Part shown: positions 7,206-16,085 of the stretch, piece after piece
Numbering within the stretch: the stretch's first letter is position 1
Layout: every line of letters begins with the position of its first letter
Program-made: the position numbers and the translations under genes
The notes under the pieces: model-generated
What the model was told of the DNA's origin: nothing
Databases searched by the model: none
The model's input: the letters and a program-made list of their open reading frames with translations, nothing else
NCBI GenBank assembly: GCA_049286845.1
Contig: JBAQER010000982.1
Location: forward strand, 1-41,762
Reading direction: 5' to 3'
Source of the DNA: Bradyrhizobium sp.
GTDB lineage: Bacteria; Pseudomonadota; Alphaproteobacteria; Rhizobiales; Xanthobacteraceae
Length of the DNA: 41,762 nucleotides

Positions 7206-9335
7206 TCATCCGAAAATGCTCTCGCTAACGGGTGCGGCCGAAGCGGTTTCCCGCACGACGCGGAAGCCCTTTCGTTTGGTTTTTGTGTTGTGGACGGCCT
7301 CGATGATCTCGCCGGACTCGGTCCACAGCTTCAGCAACTCTTCGGCCTTTTCGGCCGTGAAGTCGAAATCCCGCACCATCACGCGCGCCGCCATTAGGTC
7401 GCCGGACCGGTACGTCCGGCCCCACGGCTCGCCAACTTTCCATGCCGCATCCATCGCCTCCAACACTTCGGCAGCGAGTACGGGGGTCAGCGTTTTGTCG
7501 GGGCCGATCGATTGCTCGCACCGCTCCGGAACCCATGAGCTCTCGCCGTCGTCCAGACCGACCAGGTCGAACCGATACGGTTCAGACCAGCCGCTAGGGC
7601 CGTCTTTCTGTTTTTCACACCACAAACGGCCGACTGTGGCGGCCTCCTTGCGCTCCAACCGGAAGACAAAATCTCCCGCACCGCGCAGCACCGTAGACCC
7701 CCGCATGGTGCCATCCTTGCCGGCGTGGTGGATGCCGAGCACGACACACCGAAACGCCTCTTTAAGACGATTGCAGGCACCCACGAACAGCGTCATTTCC
7801 TTCTGCAGGTTCTCGTCGGCCCCGGGGATTGCCTGCGATACTGTATCGACCACAATCAGCACGGGGCGCGCTCTGATCGCCGATGATACGGTGCGCAAGA
7901 GCCGATCAATGTCGCCTGCGTCCATGAAGTCAATCGTCCGCTCGATCATAACGAAGCGGTCGCTATGCTCGGCAATGCCCCACTTTTTCAGCCACGCCAT
8001 GATGCGGTTGCGAAAGCCAAACGAGCCTTCCGCCGCGATGTAGACGACAACCGTGTCAGTCGGCGCCCTGATCTCGTCGCCATGCCAGGACGGCCGCCCG
8101 TAGGCAATATGCAAAGCGGCGTCCAGCGCTAGAAACGTCTTGCCCGCGCCAGGCACCGAATAGAGAAAGCCGACGCTGATCTCAGGGAAGTGTCGCCGCA
8201 CCAAGTACACTGGTGGTGGTCGATTGACGATGTCACCGATGCGGAGAACGGGGTAGGTATCCGTTTTGCGCTCTGCCGGCACGTTCGCCGCGGCGTCAAA
8301 CAGGCTCGCTTCCGGTTCCGGAATGACGTCGAAATAGACGTCAACCTTTTTGAACGCCTCAGGCGCGTGTTGCTCGGCGAGTTCGTACAGCCACGAGGCC
8401 CCTCGCCTAAACGGCGGCTTGAAGCGTTTCCAATCGGCAGCGACCACATCCGGGTTGTTCTCGCCGTCCTGCCAGCGCGCGCACCACTCGGAAAATATCT
8501 CGAACGCCTCGGGCTCGTTGTCGGGCAGCGCGGCGCGGATCGCGTAGCCATAATCGCGGTACGCTTCCCGCGTGCCGAAAGTGGCTGACGTGTTGGGAGT
8601 CGCGGCCACAGCCTTGCGCACGGTGTCGATCGGCCCGCGCAATGAAGCCTGGCTGACGTCGGTCGTGGCGCCCTCGGTTATCAGCGGTTTCGCGGCGGGG
8701 AGGATCGATCGCAGTTCCTCGAGAAAGGCGAGCACGTCGGCCGGCGAGAAGACGGGCAGCTTGTCGAACGGCACCAGCGGTCTTGTCCAAACGTAAGGCT
8801 GCTGCGTGCCGGGGTGAATGCCATGCGCCACGAACTGACGGCCGTCGGATAGGATCTCGACGCGGTCTTTCAGCCGCCCCTTGCCATCGAGCTCGCCGAA
8901 CTCGACGCGCGTGTACTTCATGGGCGCGGAAATGCGGATTAGATAAAGCGCCTTCGGAAAGTCTCCAATCCTGCAGGGTGTGGCGCCGAACCGTTTGAAA
9001 AATTCCATCTGGATCAGCGACGCCCAGGCTAGGTTCTTCGTGTCCGCGTCGATCGCGACGATGCCCTGTCCGGTCTTGATTCCCGTCCCGGCACCCATTT
9101 TCTTCCAACGCGCAAGGTCGGTTTCGTCACATTCGTTCGCAAGCCAATCGTAACTCGACCACCGACCATCGCTGCCCATGACGCCGGGGATCTTGCCTAG
9201 CGCGTCAAGACGCTTCGCGAGCGACGATTTTTCACTGATCGACGCCCCCGGCGGAACAATCGGCAGCAAGCGGCGGTATCCGAGGCGCCAGAAAGCTTCA
9301 AAGGTCGAAGGTGAAAGGTTGGGAGTGGCGTTCAT
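7206..9335 (-). CDS. Primase-helicase: bifunctional Prim-Pol + PriCT-2 + AAA_25 (RepA-like) domains
   Basis: GTGIKTGQGIVAIDAD and GRQFVAHGIHP (Prim-Pol); YRDYGYAIR...FSEW (PriCT-2); Walker A SVPGAGKT, Walker B LIVVDT, HHAGKD..MRGST. Confidence 0.9.
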   Translation of the reverse strand: MNATPNLSPSTFEAFWRLGYRRLLPIVPPGASISEKSSLAKRLDALGKIPGVMGSDGRWSSYDWLANECDETDLARWKKMGAGTGIKTGQGIVAIDADTKNLAWASLIQMEFFKRFGATPCRIGDFPKALYLIRISAPMKYTRVEFGELDGKGRLKDRVEILSDGRQFVAHGIHPGTQQPYVWTRPLVPFDKLPVFSPADVLAFLEELRSILPAAKPLITEGATTDVSQASLRGPIDTVRKAVAATPNTSATFGTREAYRDYGYAIRAALPDNEPEAFEIFSEWCARWQDGENNPDVVAADWKRFKPPFRRGASWLYELAEQHAPEAFKKVDVYFDVIPEPEASLFDAAANVPAERKTDTYPVLRIGDIVNRPPPVYLVRRHFPEISVGFLYSVPGAGKTFLALDAALHIAYGRPSWHGDEIRAPTDTVVVYIAAEGSFGFRNRIMAWLKKWGIAEHSDRFVMIERTIDFMDAGDIDRLLRTVSSAIRARPVLIVVDTVSQAIPGADENLQKEMTLFVGACNRLKEAFRCVVLGIHHAGKDGTMRGSTVLRGAGDFVFRLERKEAATVGRLWCEKQKDGPSGWSEPYRFDLVGLDDGESSWVPERCEQSIGPDKTLTPVLAAEVLEAMDAAWKVGEPWGRTYRSGDLMAARVMVRDFDFTAEKAEELLKLWTESGEIIEAVHNTKTKRKGFRVVRETASAAPVSESIFG

Positions 9336-9350
9336 TGTCGCGCCTCAGAT

Positions 9351-10040
9351 TCAAGCATTGCCTGCGACGGCGCCGGAAGCGCACGCCCAGGCCGGCAGTG
9401 GAAAAACGACGGCGCCCAGCTTGCACCTCAGACGACGACGCGTTGAGCCGGTGGAATCGAGAGCGATGGCGAGCACAGGCGTGCCGCCGCCGACCGCTAT
9501 CTCGTCGAGTTGAGCGCGCAACGTCGCAAAGCAAAGGAAGAGTGTTCCGACAGGCAGATCGGGCGCGCTGCTCCAAACGGTGGCGCCGGTTCGTATATTT
9601 TTGCGGACGCGTCGGCTCCAATCGGCCCAGGCAGGGCCGATAAAATCCGTCGGCCTGACGATGTGGCCGGCATCTTTGCAATCGGCGATCGAGGCCTTTA
9701 ATGCCGCGTGCGCGCTGAGCGAGACGGGCCGAACGTCGTGCTCGCTGTATGCGGTGAAAAGGACGGCGTTACGCCACCTTGCATCGCTAATTGCGACGAC
9801 AATCTGCCGCGTCTCGGCAGTGAAAAACTGATCCATGCCGGGCTGGCAAATCGCAGCGTCAAGCTGCTGTCCGATGCGATCGAACACCGGCGTCACGGCG
9901 GCCGTCCTCTCGTCCCAAAGGTCGCAGCTCGCCCGGATGGCCCGGATGGCGCTCAATCCCGGCCCAACGATCGAACTGGCCGCTCGGCTTGAAACGTAGA
10001 CTCGAGCCCCCTGCGAACTTTCCACCGCTGCGATACTCAA
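9351..10040 (-). CDS. Hypothetical protein (229 aa) between the Xis-like gene and the primase
   Basis: Fills the gap exactly; TTG start overlaps the upstream stop; no family recognised. Confidence 0.55.
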   Translation of the reverse strand: MSIAAVESSQGARVYVSSRAASSIVGPGLSAIRAIRASCDLWDERTAAVTPVFDRIGQQLDAAICQPGMDQFFTAETRQIVVAISDARWRNAVLFTAYSEHDVRPVSLSAHAALKASIADCKDAGHIVRPTDFIGPAWADWSRRVRKNIRTGATVWSSAPDLPVGTLFLCFATLRAQLDEIAVGGGTPVLAIALDSTGSTRRRLRCKLGAVVFPLPAWACASGAVAGNA

Positions 10041-10342
10041 CCCTGCAGCGCCGCACGAGCGGCCGTCTTGCGAGCGGTGCGCGCCTCTTTACCGCGATCG
10101 TAAGGCGTCCACGCGGCCGCGCTGTCGACCAGGGCGATCAGGCTCTTCGTCTCGACCAAGGTGCGGCCGCCCAGGCGGCGCAACGTCAATCGACCTTCGT
10201 CGGAAAAGCGGTAAAGGGACGCGATAGAAACGCCGCACAGTTCAGCCGCCACCTTCATTGTTTGAAGCGGGCGTTCGCGCCACGGCGTTTGGGGAACTGC
10301 AGCGGCTGGCTGCTTCTCGGCAGTCGTCGAGCTTTTGACCAT
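10037..10342 (-). CDS. Excisionase/AlpA-like HTH protein
   Basis: TMKVAAELCGVSIASLYR...GRL..RRLGGRTLV winged-HTH pattern, AGGAGG RBS, next to the integrase. Confidence 0.85.
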   Translation of the reverse strand: MVKSSTTAEKQPAAAVPQTPWRERPLQTMKVAAELCGVSIASLYRFSDEGRLTLRRLGGRTLVETKSLIALVDSAAAWTPYDRGKEARTARKTAARAALQG

Positions 10343-10563
10343 TGAAAACGAGCCTCCTGAAGCGAGGGGGGTTGTTGGGCTCGGACCGCTTCAGGAAAAC
10401 TTGCAAAGTCATTAACTCAGGACAGCGCAGCCGATGCGTCATCCTATAACAAAAATCCTCCATGCCGTCTATGGCATACACTGACGCGCATGACTTCGTG
10501 AATCAAAGAAAGCCAATAAAATTGCATACAACTAGCATACGTGCTGTTCTCGCGCTCCTTGCT

Positions 10564-10680
10564 CAAACGCCCTTTTCTCGCGTCGCCGAGCGTTTCGCGC
10601 GGGCCTCTTTTCCGCGATCTGAAGGCGTCCACACTTCGGCAACGTTGAGCAGTTCGACCAGGTCGATTGCTTTTCGGACA
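10564..10680 (-). pseudogene. Degenerate copy of the 3' end of the excisionase-like gene
   Basis: Frame reads VRKAIDLVELLNVAEVWTPSDRGKEARAKRSATREKGV*, compared with LIALVDSAAAWTPYDRGKEARTARK in the intact gene; DNA 10603-10632 matches 10083-10112 at 27/30. Confidence 0.6.
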
Positions 10681-10759
10681 TTGGCGCGCTCATAGGTGCG
10701 AGTTCGCCAATTCTATATGCCCGGGGCCTGCAAGACAGAAATCGACCGTCAAACCCAGA

Positions 10760-12136
10760 CTATTCGGCGGCCTGAGCAAGCGGCGGCGTGGTGAACGTGA
10801 TCGCGTGCGGGCGCGCCAGTTCGTCCGACATGTCGGTGATAAAAGCCGAATAGTGCTTCTCGATCATGGCGACAGAGGTATCGTGCAGGGCGGCGACCAG
10901 GCGGACCGGCAGGCCGGCGATCAAGCCCCGCACAATGCTGGTGTGGCGCAGAGCGTACATGATCGTGTCGTCAGGAACGCCGGCCAGTTCGATCGTCTTC
11001 GCCCAAGGCTTGGTGACCTCGAATGCCGGCCCCCACGGGCGGCGCTTGTCTTTTGCCCATCGCGCGGGCTTCGCCACGCGTTTGTGAACCCATCGGGTCA
11101 GCAATCGCTCAGTGCCGGCGCGGCCAATGACGAGAGCTTTAAGGCGAACGATTGCGTCCGCGTGCACAGGAACCGCGGCGGGCGGGTGCGGCTTCCGCTT
11201 CCGACCCTTTCGTGAGCTGGGCACCATGATGCGATTCTTGCCGATCTGAATGTCGGCCACGGTCAGACGGACGATTTGCGAGTACCGAGCGCCGGTGATG
11301 GCCGCAATAAAAACCACGTAACCGAAGTCCTCGTCGACTTCGAAGGCGGCCCCAACGATCACACGGACCTGAGTTTCAGTTAAGAGTTGCTTCCGAGCTT
11401 CGCTGTCGACCGGTTCATTCCGCGTGCCGGCTTTGATCTCGGCGTGGATGTGCCCCGGTATCTCACGACGGTAGCGGCCGGCCGCGGCATTGTACGCCGC
11501 GCGCAAATCGCCAAGCAGCCGGTTCCGGCTGCTTGGCGCGAGCGGTCGCAGATCGACGCCCGTCGATTTGCTCTTCCGTTTCCCTTTTCTCTTGGGCCGC
11601 CGCTGTAGCTGAGCGAGCCATTCCTCGATCGCCTTTTCGGTCAACTTTGCAAAGCGTATTTTTGCGAACTTCCCGTCGACCGGAATATGAGCCAACAGCG
11701 CCGCGACTGACGTTTGCCGGCCCCCCGCAGCTTTCTTTCTCTGCGCTGCATACGCTTCGACAACCGATCGGACTGTCGGCATGGCGGCATCGCGAGTAGC
11801 TTCCGCGCTCGCTTCGACGATCGCGATCTGCTGCTTGCTCCAATCGAGCGCCGCGGAAACGGCGGCCGGGAAGCTCAGGGAACCGGCGGGCGGGGTTTCC
11901 TCGTCGGCGGCCGCGCCTAGCCGTTCTTCCGTTCGCTGGCCGTCGATGACGATCTTTACCACCCAAACGCCGCCCGCAGCGCCCTTCCGGTAGCCGAGCG
12001 AGACGCCGCCGCGCCCGCCGCTGACGCCGTGCCAATACGGGTTCTTCCGCGCCGGCAGCTTGGCGCGCTTCGCCACCGTGTCGATCTCTCGGATCTTGTC
12101 GGCGCGCTTTCCGGGCGTCTCGATAACGTCGGTCAT
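10760..12136 (-). CDS. int: Tyrosine recombinase/integrase
   Basis: N-terminal arm-binding-like region; TGARYSQI (catalytic R), YALRHT, and LHDTSVAMIEKHY (catalytic Y); adjacent to the att site. Confidence 0.93.
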   Translation of the reverse strand: MTDVIETPGKRADKIREIDTVAKRAKLPARKNPYWHGVSGGRGGVSLGYRKGAAGGVWVVKIVIDGQRTEERLGAAADEETPPAGSLSFPAAVSAALDWSKQQIAIVEASAEATRDAAMPTVRSVVEAYAAQRKKAAGGRQTSVAALLAHIPVDGKFAKIRFAKLTEKAIEEWLAQLQRRPKRKGKRKSKSTGVDLRPLAPSSRNRLLGDLRAAYNAAAGRYRREIPGHIHAEIKAGTRNEPVDSEARKQLLTETQVRVIVGAAFEVDEDFGYVVFIAAITGARYSQIVRLTVADIQIGKNRIMVPSSRKGRKRKPHPPAAVPVHADAIVRLKALVIGRAGTERLLTRWVHKRVAKPARWAKDKRRPWGPAFEVTKPWAKTIELAGVPDDTIMYALRHTSIVRGLIAGLPVRLVAALHDTSVAMIEKHYSAFITDMSDELARPHAITFTTPPLAQAAE

Positions 12137-12274
12137 GGCTTTCCCACAGGAACTTCCCACACAGAGGCGTGTGAGCGGTATGATGCCCGTGAGATCGGAA
12201 AGCGAAAAGCTCTTTATTTTATAACGTCATAGCTCTCATATACATCCACGAAGTCAGCCTGAGAGCTAAATATG

Positions 12275-12323
12275 TCCATTGGTAATGGAGAGGTCGACAG
12301 TTCAATCCTGTCTGGCAGCACCA
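12275..12323 (+). other. Attachment site: 3' fragment of tRNA-Thr(GGT), from anticodon arm to CCA
   Basis: TCCATTGGTAATGGAGAGGTCGACAGTTCAATCCTGTCTGGCAGCACCA has an anticodon stem-loop with GGT, a T-arm and CCA; no D-arm or 5' acceptor strand upstream. Confidence 0.9.
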
Positions 12324-12343
12324 GTTTCTTCGTAAATAAGCGG

Positions 12344-13348
12344 CTATCGGCCAAAAGCGCGTCTCATTGTTTCTTCGAACATTCGCTGTCTCTCCTTTTC
12401 CTCCGCATCACGCTTCCTGGTTTCCTCCTCGCGCCGCCTGGTCGACTCCTCCCAGTATTTTCGTTCTTCGCGCGCCTTGGCTCGCGCTTCGCGCTCCTTG
12501 CTCTGCCCTGGCAATTCCCAAAGTCCAGCGAGATTGGTGAGCACGGCGGCGATGCCGATCAGCGGAGCAATGATCTTTACGGCCTCCCACCACGGCATCG
12601 CCCTCGGATTGTCTCCCATCGCCACGACGCCTGACTTCGGCGCGGGGCGAGCCGCAGCATTCCCCGGAGCACCCGTATTCCTCCGTGCCGCCGGCACGCG
12701 CGGCACGCTTGTTCTCGCCGGCTCGACGGCCGGGTTATCACGAAACGCATGCCAACGTGCTTCGACCGCTTCGCGGAGCGCCTGCGGTTCGACCGATACA
12801 AGCTCGTGGTGCAAGGCCATCTGGACCAGTGAGCCTTTCGGAATGAAGTTGGCTTTCCAACCGGGGCCTCGCAGGAAGAACGAATCGACAAAGATCCGCG
12901 AGTCGTAGAATTGCTTCGACACCAGAACCACCGTGACGTTGCGGAAGTTTACTACATTGTATTTCGCGGTCGGGATTCTGGTGAACCAGAAAAACGACCA
13001 ATACCCCGTTGCGATGTCGATCGTGTCGACACCTCGGATTTCGCGCCAGGGGATAGGGAACTCCTTGACCCAGGGGATGCGGCAATGGATGCCCGCCGGC
13101 GAAAGCGTGAATAATGGCTTGCCGGGATTTGAGCGTCTCCAGAGCGCAAACCCGATCAAAGCGCTCCCGGTCACCAAACAAAGGGCGACCCCTATGAACG
13201 TCCACACCGTTTCGCGATCGGCGTCCACCAGTGCGAATATGAAAAGGCCCAGGAAGATCAGCAAGAGACCCGTCGGAAGCAGTCTGACGATGGCGGTGGC
13301 TGACCGGTATTCCAGCGTCTGGTGAACATCCTGGCCGCTGACATTCAT
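12344..13348 (-). CDS. Membrane protein with a bacterial PH-like domain and a charged C-terminal coiled coil
   Basis: Two N-terminal TM helices, LSPAGI...IPWREIRGV motif, a third TM and an E/R-rich tail; start uncertain. Confidence 0.7.
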   Translation of the reverse strand: MNVSGQDVHQTLEYRSATAIVRLLPTGLLLIFLGLFIFALVDADRETVWTFIGVALCLVTGSALIGFALWRRSNPGKPLFTLSPAGIHCRIPWVKEFPIPWREIRGVDTIDIATGYWSFFWFTRIPTAKYNVVNFRNVTVVLVSKQFYDSRIFVDSFFLRGPGWKANFIPKGSLVQMALHHELVSVEPQALREAVEARWHAFRDNPAVEPARTSVPRVPAARRNTGAPGNAAARPAPKSGVVAMGDNPRAMPWWEAVKIIAPLIGIAAVLTNLAGLWELPGQSKEREARAKAREERKYWEESTRRREEETRKRDAEEKERQRMFEETMRRAFGR

Positions 13349-13497
13349 GGGCTTCGCTCTCGGCCCGGGAATGATAGCCAGCATGGCCAATTCGCGCTAC
13401 AGGCACTTCAATCCCGCGAGGCCTTCACCGGCCCCCCACCGGGGGCCACGCGCCCCCCACGCCATGACGCGCTGACGGATATTGGGAAGACTGAAGC

Positions 13498-13932
13498 ATG
13501 ACCCGAGTGGCGTTTCGCCAAATCTTGCTCTTGATTGCCGCAACGTTCTCGATCGGCGTTGCACGCGCGCAATCAGATCGGACGCTTTACGAACTGCAGG
13601 AGCGATGCGGCAAGCAAGCGGCACAAACCTTTGAAAAGGAATGGGGCGCAAACGCGGTGGGCCCAAAGAGGGCTCACGTGACTGCAAATTACGAGAGCCA
13701 TTACAGCCCTCGCTTCGACAAGTGTTTCTATCTGGAAATCAGCACAACCGTTCCGCGTGCGGCGATCGACAAGACGAACTTCAACACCCTGCGTCTCTAC
13801 GACCTGAACGAAAACAAGCAATACGGTACGTTCGTCGAAGCTGCGCCGTTGCACGTCTGCAAGGTACAAGACACGCCTTGCAGCTCGGAAGCTGAGTGGA
13901 GAGTGTTGGTGAAATCATTTATGGAGGAGTAG
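13498..13932 (+). CDS. Secreted hypothetical protein
   Basis: Signal peptide ending ARA-Q, four Cys. Confidence 0.75.
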   Translation: MTRVAFRQILLLIAATFSIGVARAQSDRTLYELQERCGKQAAQTFEKEWGANAVGPKRAHVTANYESHYSPRFDKCFYLEISTTVPRAAIDKTNFNTLRLYDLNENKQYGTFVEAAPLHVCKVQDTPCSSEAEWRVLVKSFMEE

Positions 13933-14085
13933 GACGTAGCACAGTGACAGCCGCCGTGCCGTCGCTCTCTGATCCCGCCGCCACGAATTGCGATACTTGC
14001 AAAAACTCAAGCTACGAGCTGACAATACCCGCGTTTATGCCCGATCCCGGATAGCCAAGGGAATTTCAGATGAGGGAGATGGTCA

Positions 14086-14433
14086 ATGGATAAGCCAATG
14101 CGACTCGCCCTTGCTGCAGCAACAGCGATTGCCTTCTCCGGGTCCCCCGTCCAGGCGGAGAAGGTCAGCGACGTCCTCGCCAGAACGCCGAAGAAGACCG
14201 CGGACTTCGTCGCCTACTGTACCGACCATTTCAAGGATTGCCGGACCATCATCGTTTCGGTGGACATCGAACATCTGGCGGAGAGCAAACCGCATGTTTG
14301 TACGATCCGCAGCAAGGACAATGACGTTGCGACGAAGTCGATTGTCGGCTGGCTGGCGCAACACAAGGAAATTCACGGCAAGCCGACAAGAGCCGGAATA
14401 GGCGCCGCGATCAAGGCGCTCTGGCCCTGCTAG
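14086..14433 (+). CDS. Rap1a/Tai-like periplasmic immunity protein
   Basis: Signal peptide; C..C..C pattern and C-terminal IVGWLAQHKEIHGKP...AAIKALWPC resemble the Rap1a YL..HP..H..A...AL...FPC signature. Confidence 0.65.
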   Translation: MDKPMRLALAAATAIAFSGSPVQAEKVSDVLARTPKKTADFVAYCTDHFKDCRTIIVSVDIEHLAESKPHVCTIRSKDNDVATKSIVGWLAQHKEIHGKPTRAGIGAAIKALWPC

Positions 14434-14560
14434 ACACAAATTATCTGCGCCGGTTGGCGGACGCCAAGCCTGCCAATGCTCGCATGCCTTTCTGACCTGG
14501 CGCAAAGCGGCGGTCACAGCCCCTGCCAGAATGCCGCTCGACAATGGCCAAGGGCTACCC

Positions 14561-14866
14561 ATGACGAGACCCGTTCCAGGCAAGGCTGAGATCGCACTCG
14601 AATATCCGGATAAATTCTATGTCGGGACCTTCGAACACTCGTCGCGATTCGAGGCGCATCTCGACCCGACCGGCTTTGTGCTGGAGCGGCCCGGCGCCGA
14701 AGACGTTCGCAAATCAATCCACATGCACATCTCCTTCGGCCTGCTCGCCGGCATTCTCGGCGAGCTCGCCGCGACCGTCGGAAAGATTCCGAAAGATGAC
14801 ATTCTGCATCGCGAGCAGCTCACCGACGCGGTCGCGCAATTGCATCAGGCGCTGAAAAAAGCCTGA
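14561..14866 (+). CDS. Hypothetical protein
   Basis: AAGGG RBS, host-like codon usage. Confidence 0.7.
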   Translation: MTRPVPGKAEIALEYPDKFYVGTFEHSSRFEAHLDPTGFVLERPGAEDVRKSIHMHISFGLLAGILGELAATVGKIPKDDILHREQLTDAVAQLHQALKKA

Positions 14867-14928
14867 ACGCCGCGTGCTATTTCCAGTTTTCGGATACGGC
14901 CCGCAATTAAGGCTTCTTTTAGCTTTCA

Positions 14929-14943
14929 TTAAGGCGCCATTAA
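14929..14943 (+). promoter_or_regulatory. CtrA box upstream of the omp gene
   Basis: TTAA-GGCGCCA-TTAA fits TTAA-N7-TTAA; a degenerate second box lies at 14907-14921. Confidence 0.6.
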
Positions 14944-15104
14944 TCACGGAAAATTGTTGTTCCCCAACAGGTTAGTAACTCGTCCGGTGTGACCGATGGG
15001 TGACAGCATTTTATTCAAAAACAGTCTAACTGCGCTGCCCATGGACGACGCCGCTCTCGCGGTTCATCTGAAAATCAAAAATGACTCTCTGGAGACTAGA
15101 ACTG

Positions 15105-15839
15105 ATGAAGAAGTTTCTGCTCGCTACTGTGGCCCTCGTCGCTCTCGGCGCGACCGTGCCAGCACTTGCAGCCGATCTCGGCCCCCGCACCGCCTACACC
15201 AAGGCTCCGCCGGTCTATGCGCCGATCTACAACTGGACCGGCTTCTACATCGGCGGTCACATCGGCGGCGCGTTCAGCGGCGACAATGGCTTCGCCGGCA
15301 CCACCAACAGCGGCGACGACGGCCGCTTCCTCGGCGGTTTGCAGGCCGGCGCCGACTACCAGTTCGCTCCGAACTGGGTGGTTGGTATCGAAGGTCAGTA
15401 CAGCTGGCTCGGCGGCAACAACAACGGCGTTACCTTTACGGGCGCCGGTGCCGGTTACATCTACACCCATGACCAGCGCGGCCTCGGCTCGGTGACCGGC
15501 CGCATCGGCTACACTTGGGGTCCGGGCCTGCTCTACGTCAAGGGCGGCTATGCCTACTCCGACTACACGGAGTCTCTGACGCTCGGCGGCGTGCCGCAGG
15601 TGTTCGCTTTGAACAGCAGCCATCACGACGGCTACACCGTCGGCGCCGGCCTGGAATACATGTTCGCGCAGAACTGGTCGGGCAAGATCGAGTATCAGTA
15701 CTACGACTTCGGCAAGACCAACTTCGTGACGCCGGCCGTGCTGACCGGCTTCGGCAGCACCCGCAACGACGAGCACACCTTCAAGGCCGGCATCAACTAT
15801 CGCTTCAACCTGGGCGGCCCGGTGGTCGCGAAGTACTGA
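15105..15839 (+). CDS. Omp25/Omp31/RopB-family outer-membrane beta-barrel protein
   Basis: MKKFLL signal peptide, AADL..YTKAPP, YNWTGFYIGGHIG, GAGLEY..NWS.KIEYQYYDFG, GINYRF. Confidence 0.93.
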   Translation: MKKFLLATVALVALGATVPALAADLGPRTAYTKAPPVYAPIYNWTGFYIGGHIGGAFSGDNGFAGTTNSGDDGRFLGGLQAGADYQFAPNWVVGIEGQYSWLGGNNNGVTFTGAGAGYIYTHDQRGLGSVTGRIGYTWGPGLLYVKGGYAYSDYTESLTLGGVPQVFALNSSHHDGYTVGAGLEYMFAQNWSGKIEYQYYDFGKTNFVTPAVLTGFGSTRNDEHTFKAGINYRFNLGGPVVAKY

Positions 15840-15866
15840 GTAGCTTCGCGCACGCAACCTGAGACG

Positions 15867-15894
15867 AAAGGCCGGCTTCACGCCGGCCTTTTTT
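15867..15894 (+). terminator. Intrinsic terminator after omp
   Basis: AAAGGCCGGC-TTCAC-GCCGGCCTTT followed by further Ts. Confidence 0.85.
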
Positions 15895-15911
15895 CGTTAG
15901 GGCTCCATTAA

Positions 15912-16085
15912 GCGCCGAACTGGTCGGCCAAGGCCGAGTATCAATACTACGATTTCGGCCGCAGCCAGTTCGTCACCCCGGCCGCGCTGGTGCCGTTCGG
16001 CGCATTCAGCAACGACGAACACACCCTGAAGGCCGGCCTGAACTATCGCTTCAACTGGGCGAGCCCGATGGCTGCGCGATACCGA
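15912..16085 (+). pseudogene. 3' fragment of a second Omp25-family paralog
   Basis: APNWSAKAEYQYYDFGRSQFVTPAALVPFGAFSNDEHTLKAGLNYRFNWASPMAARY aligns with the upstream Omp C-terminus; no 5' part; the expected stop reads CGA. Confidence 0.85.

Larger units (their letters stand above)
1..12323. mobile_element. Integrated phage-related element (satellite/PICI-like or prophage), right portion, inserted at tRNA-Thr(GGT); left end outside window
   Basis: Tyrosine integrase next to a tRNA 3' fragment, plus Xis-like HTH, primase-helicase, serine recombinase and tail-fibre genes; ordinary host genes resume after 12323. Confidence 0.9.

Noticed and set aside
12248..12323. Intact tRNA-Thr gene
   Set aside because: No 5' acceptor strand complementary to GGCAGC and no D-arm upstream of 12275; treated as an att fragment
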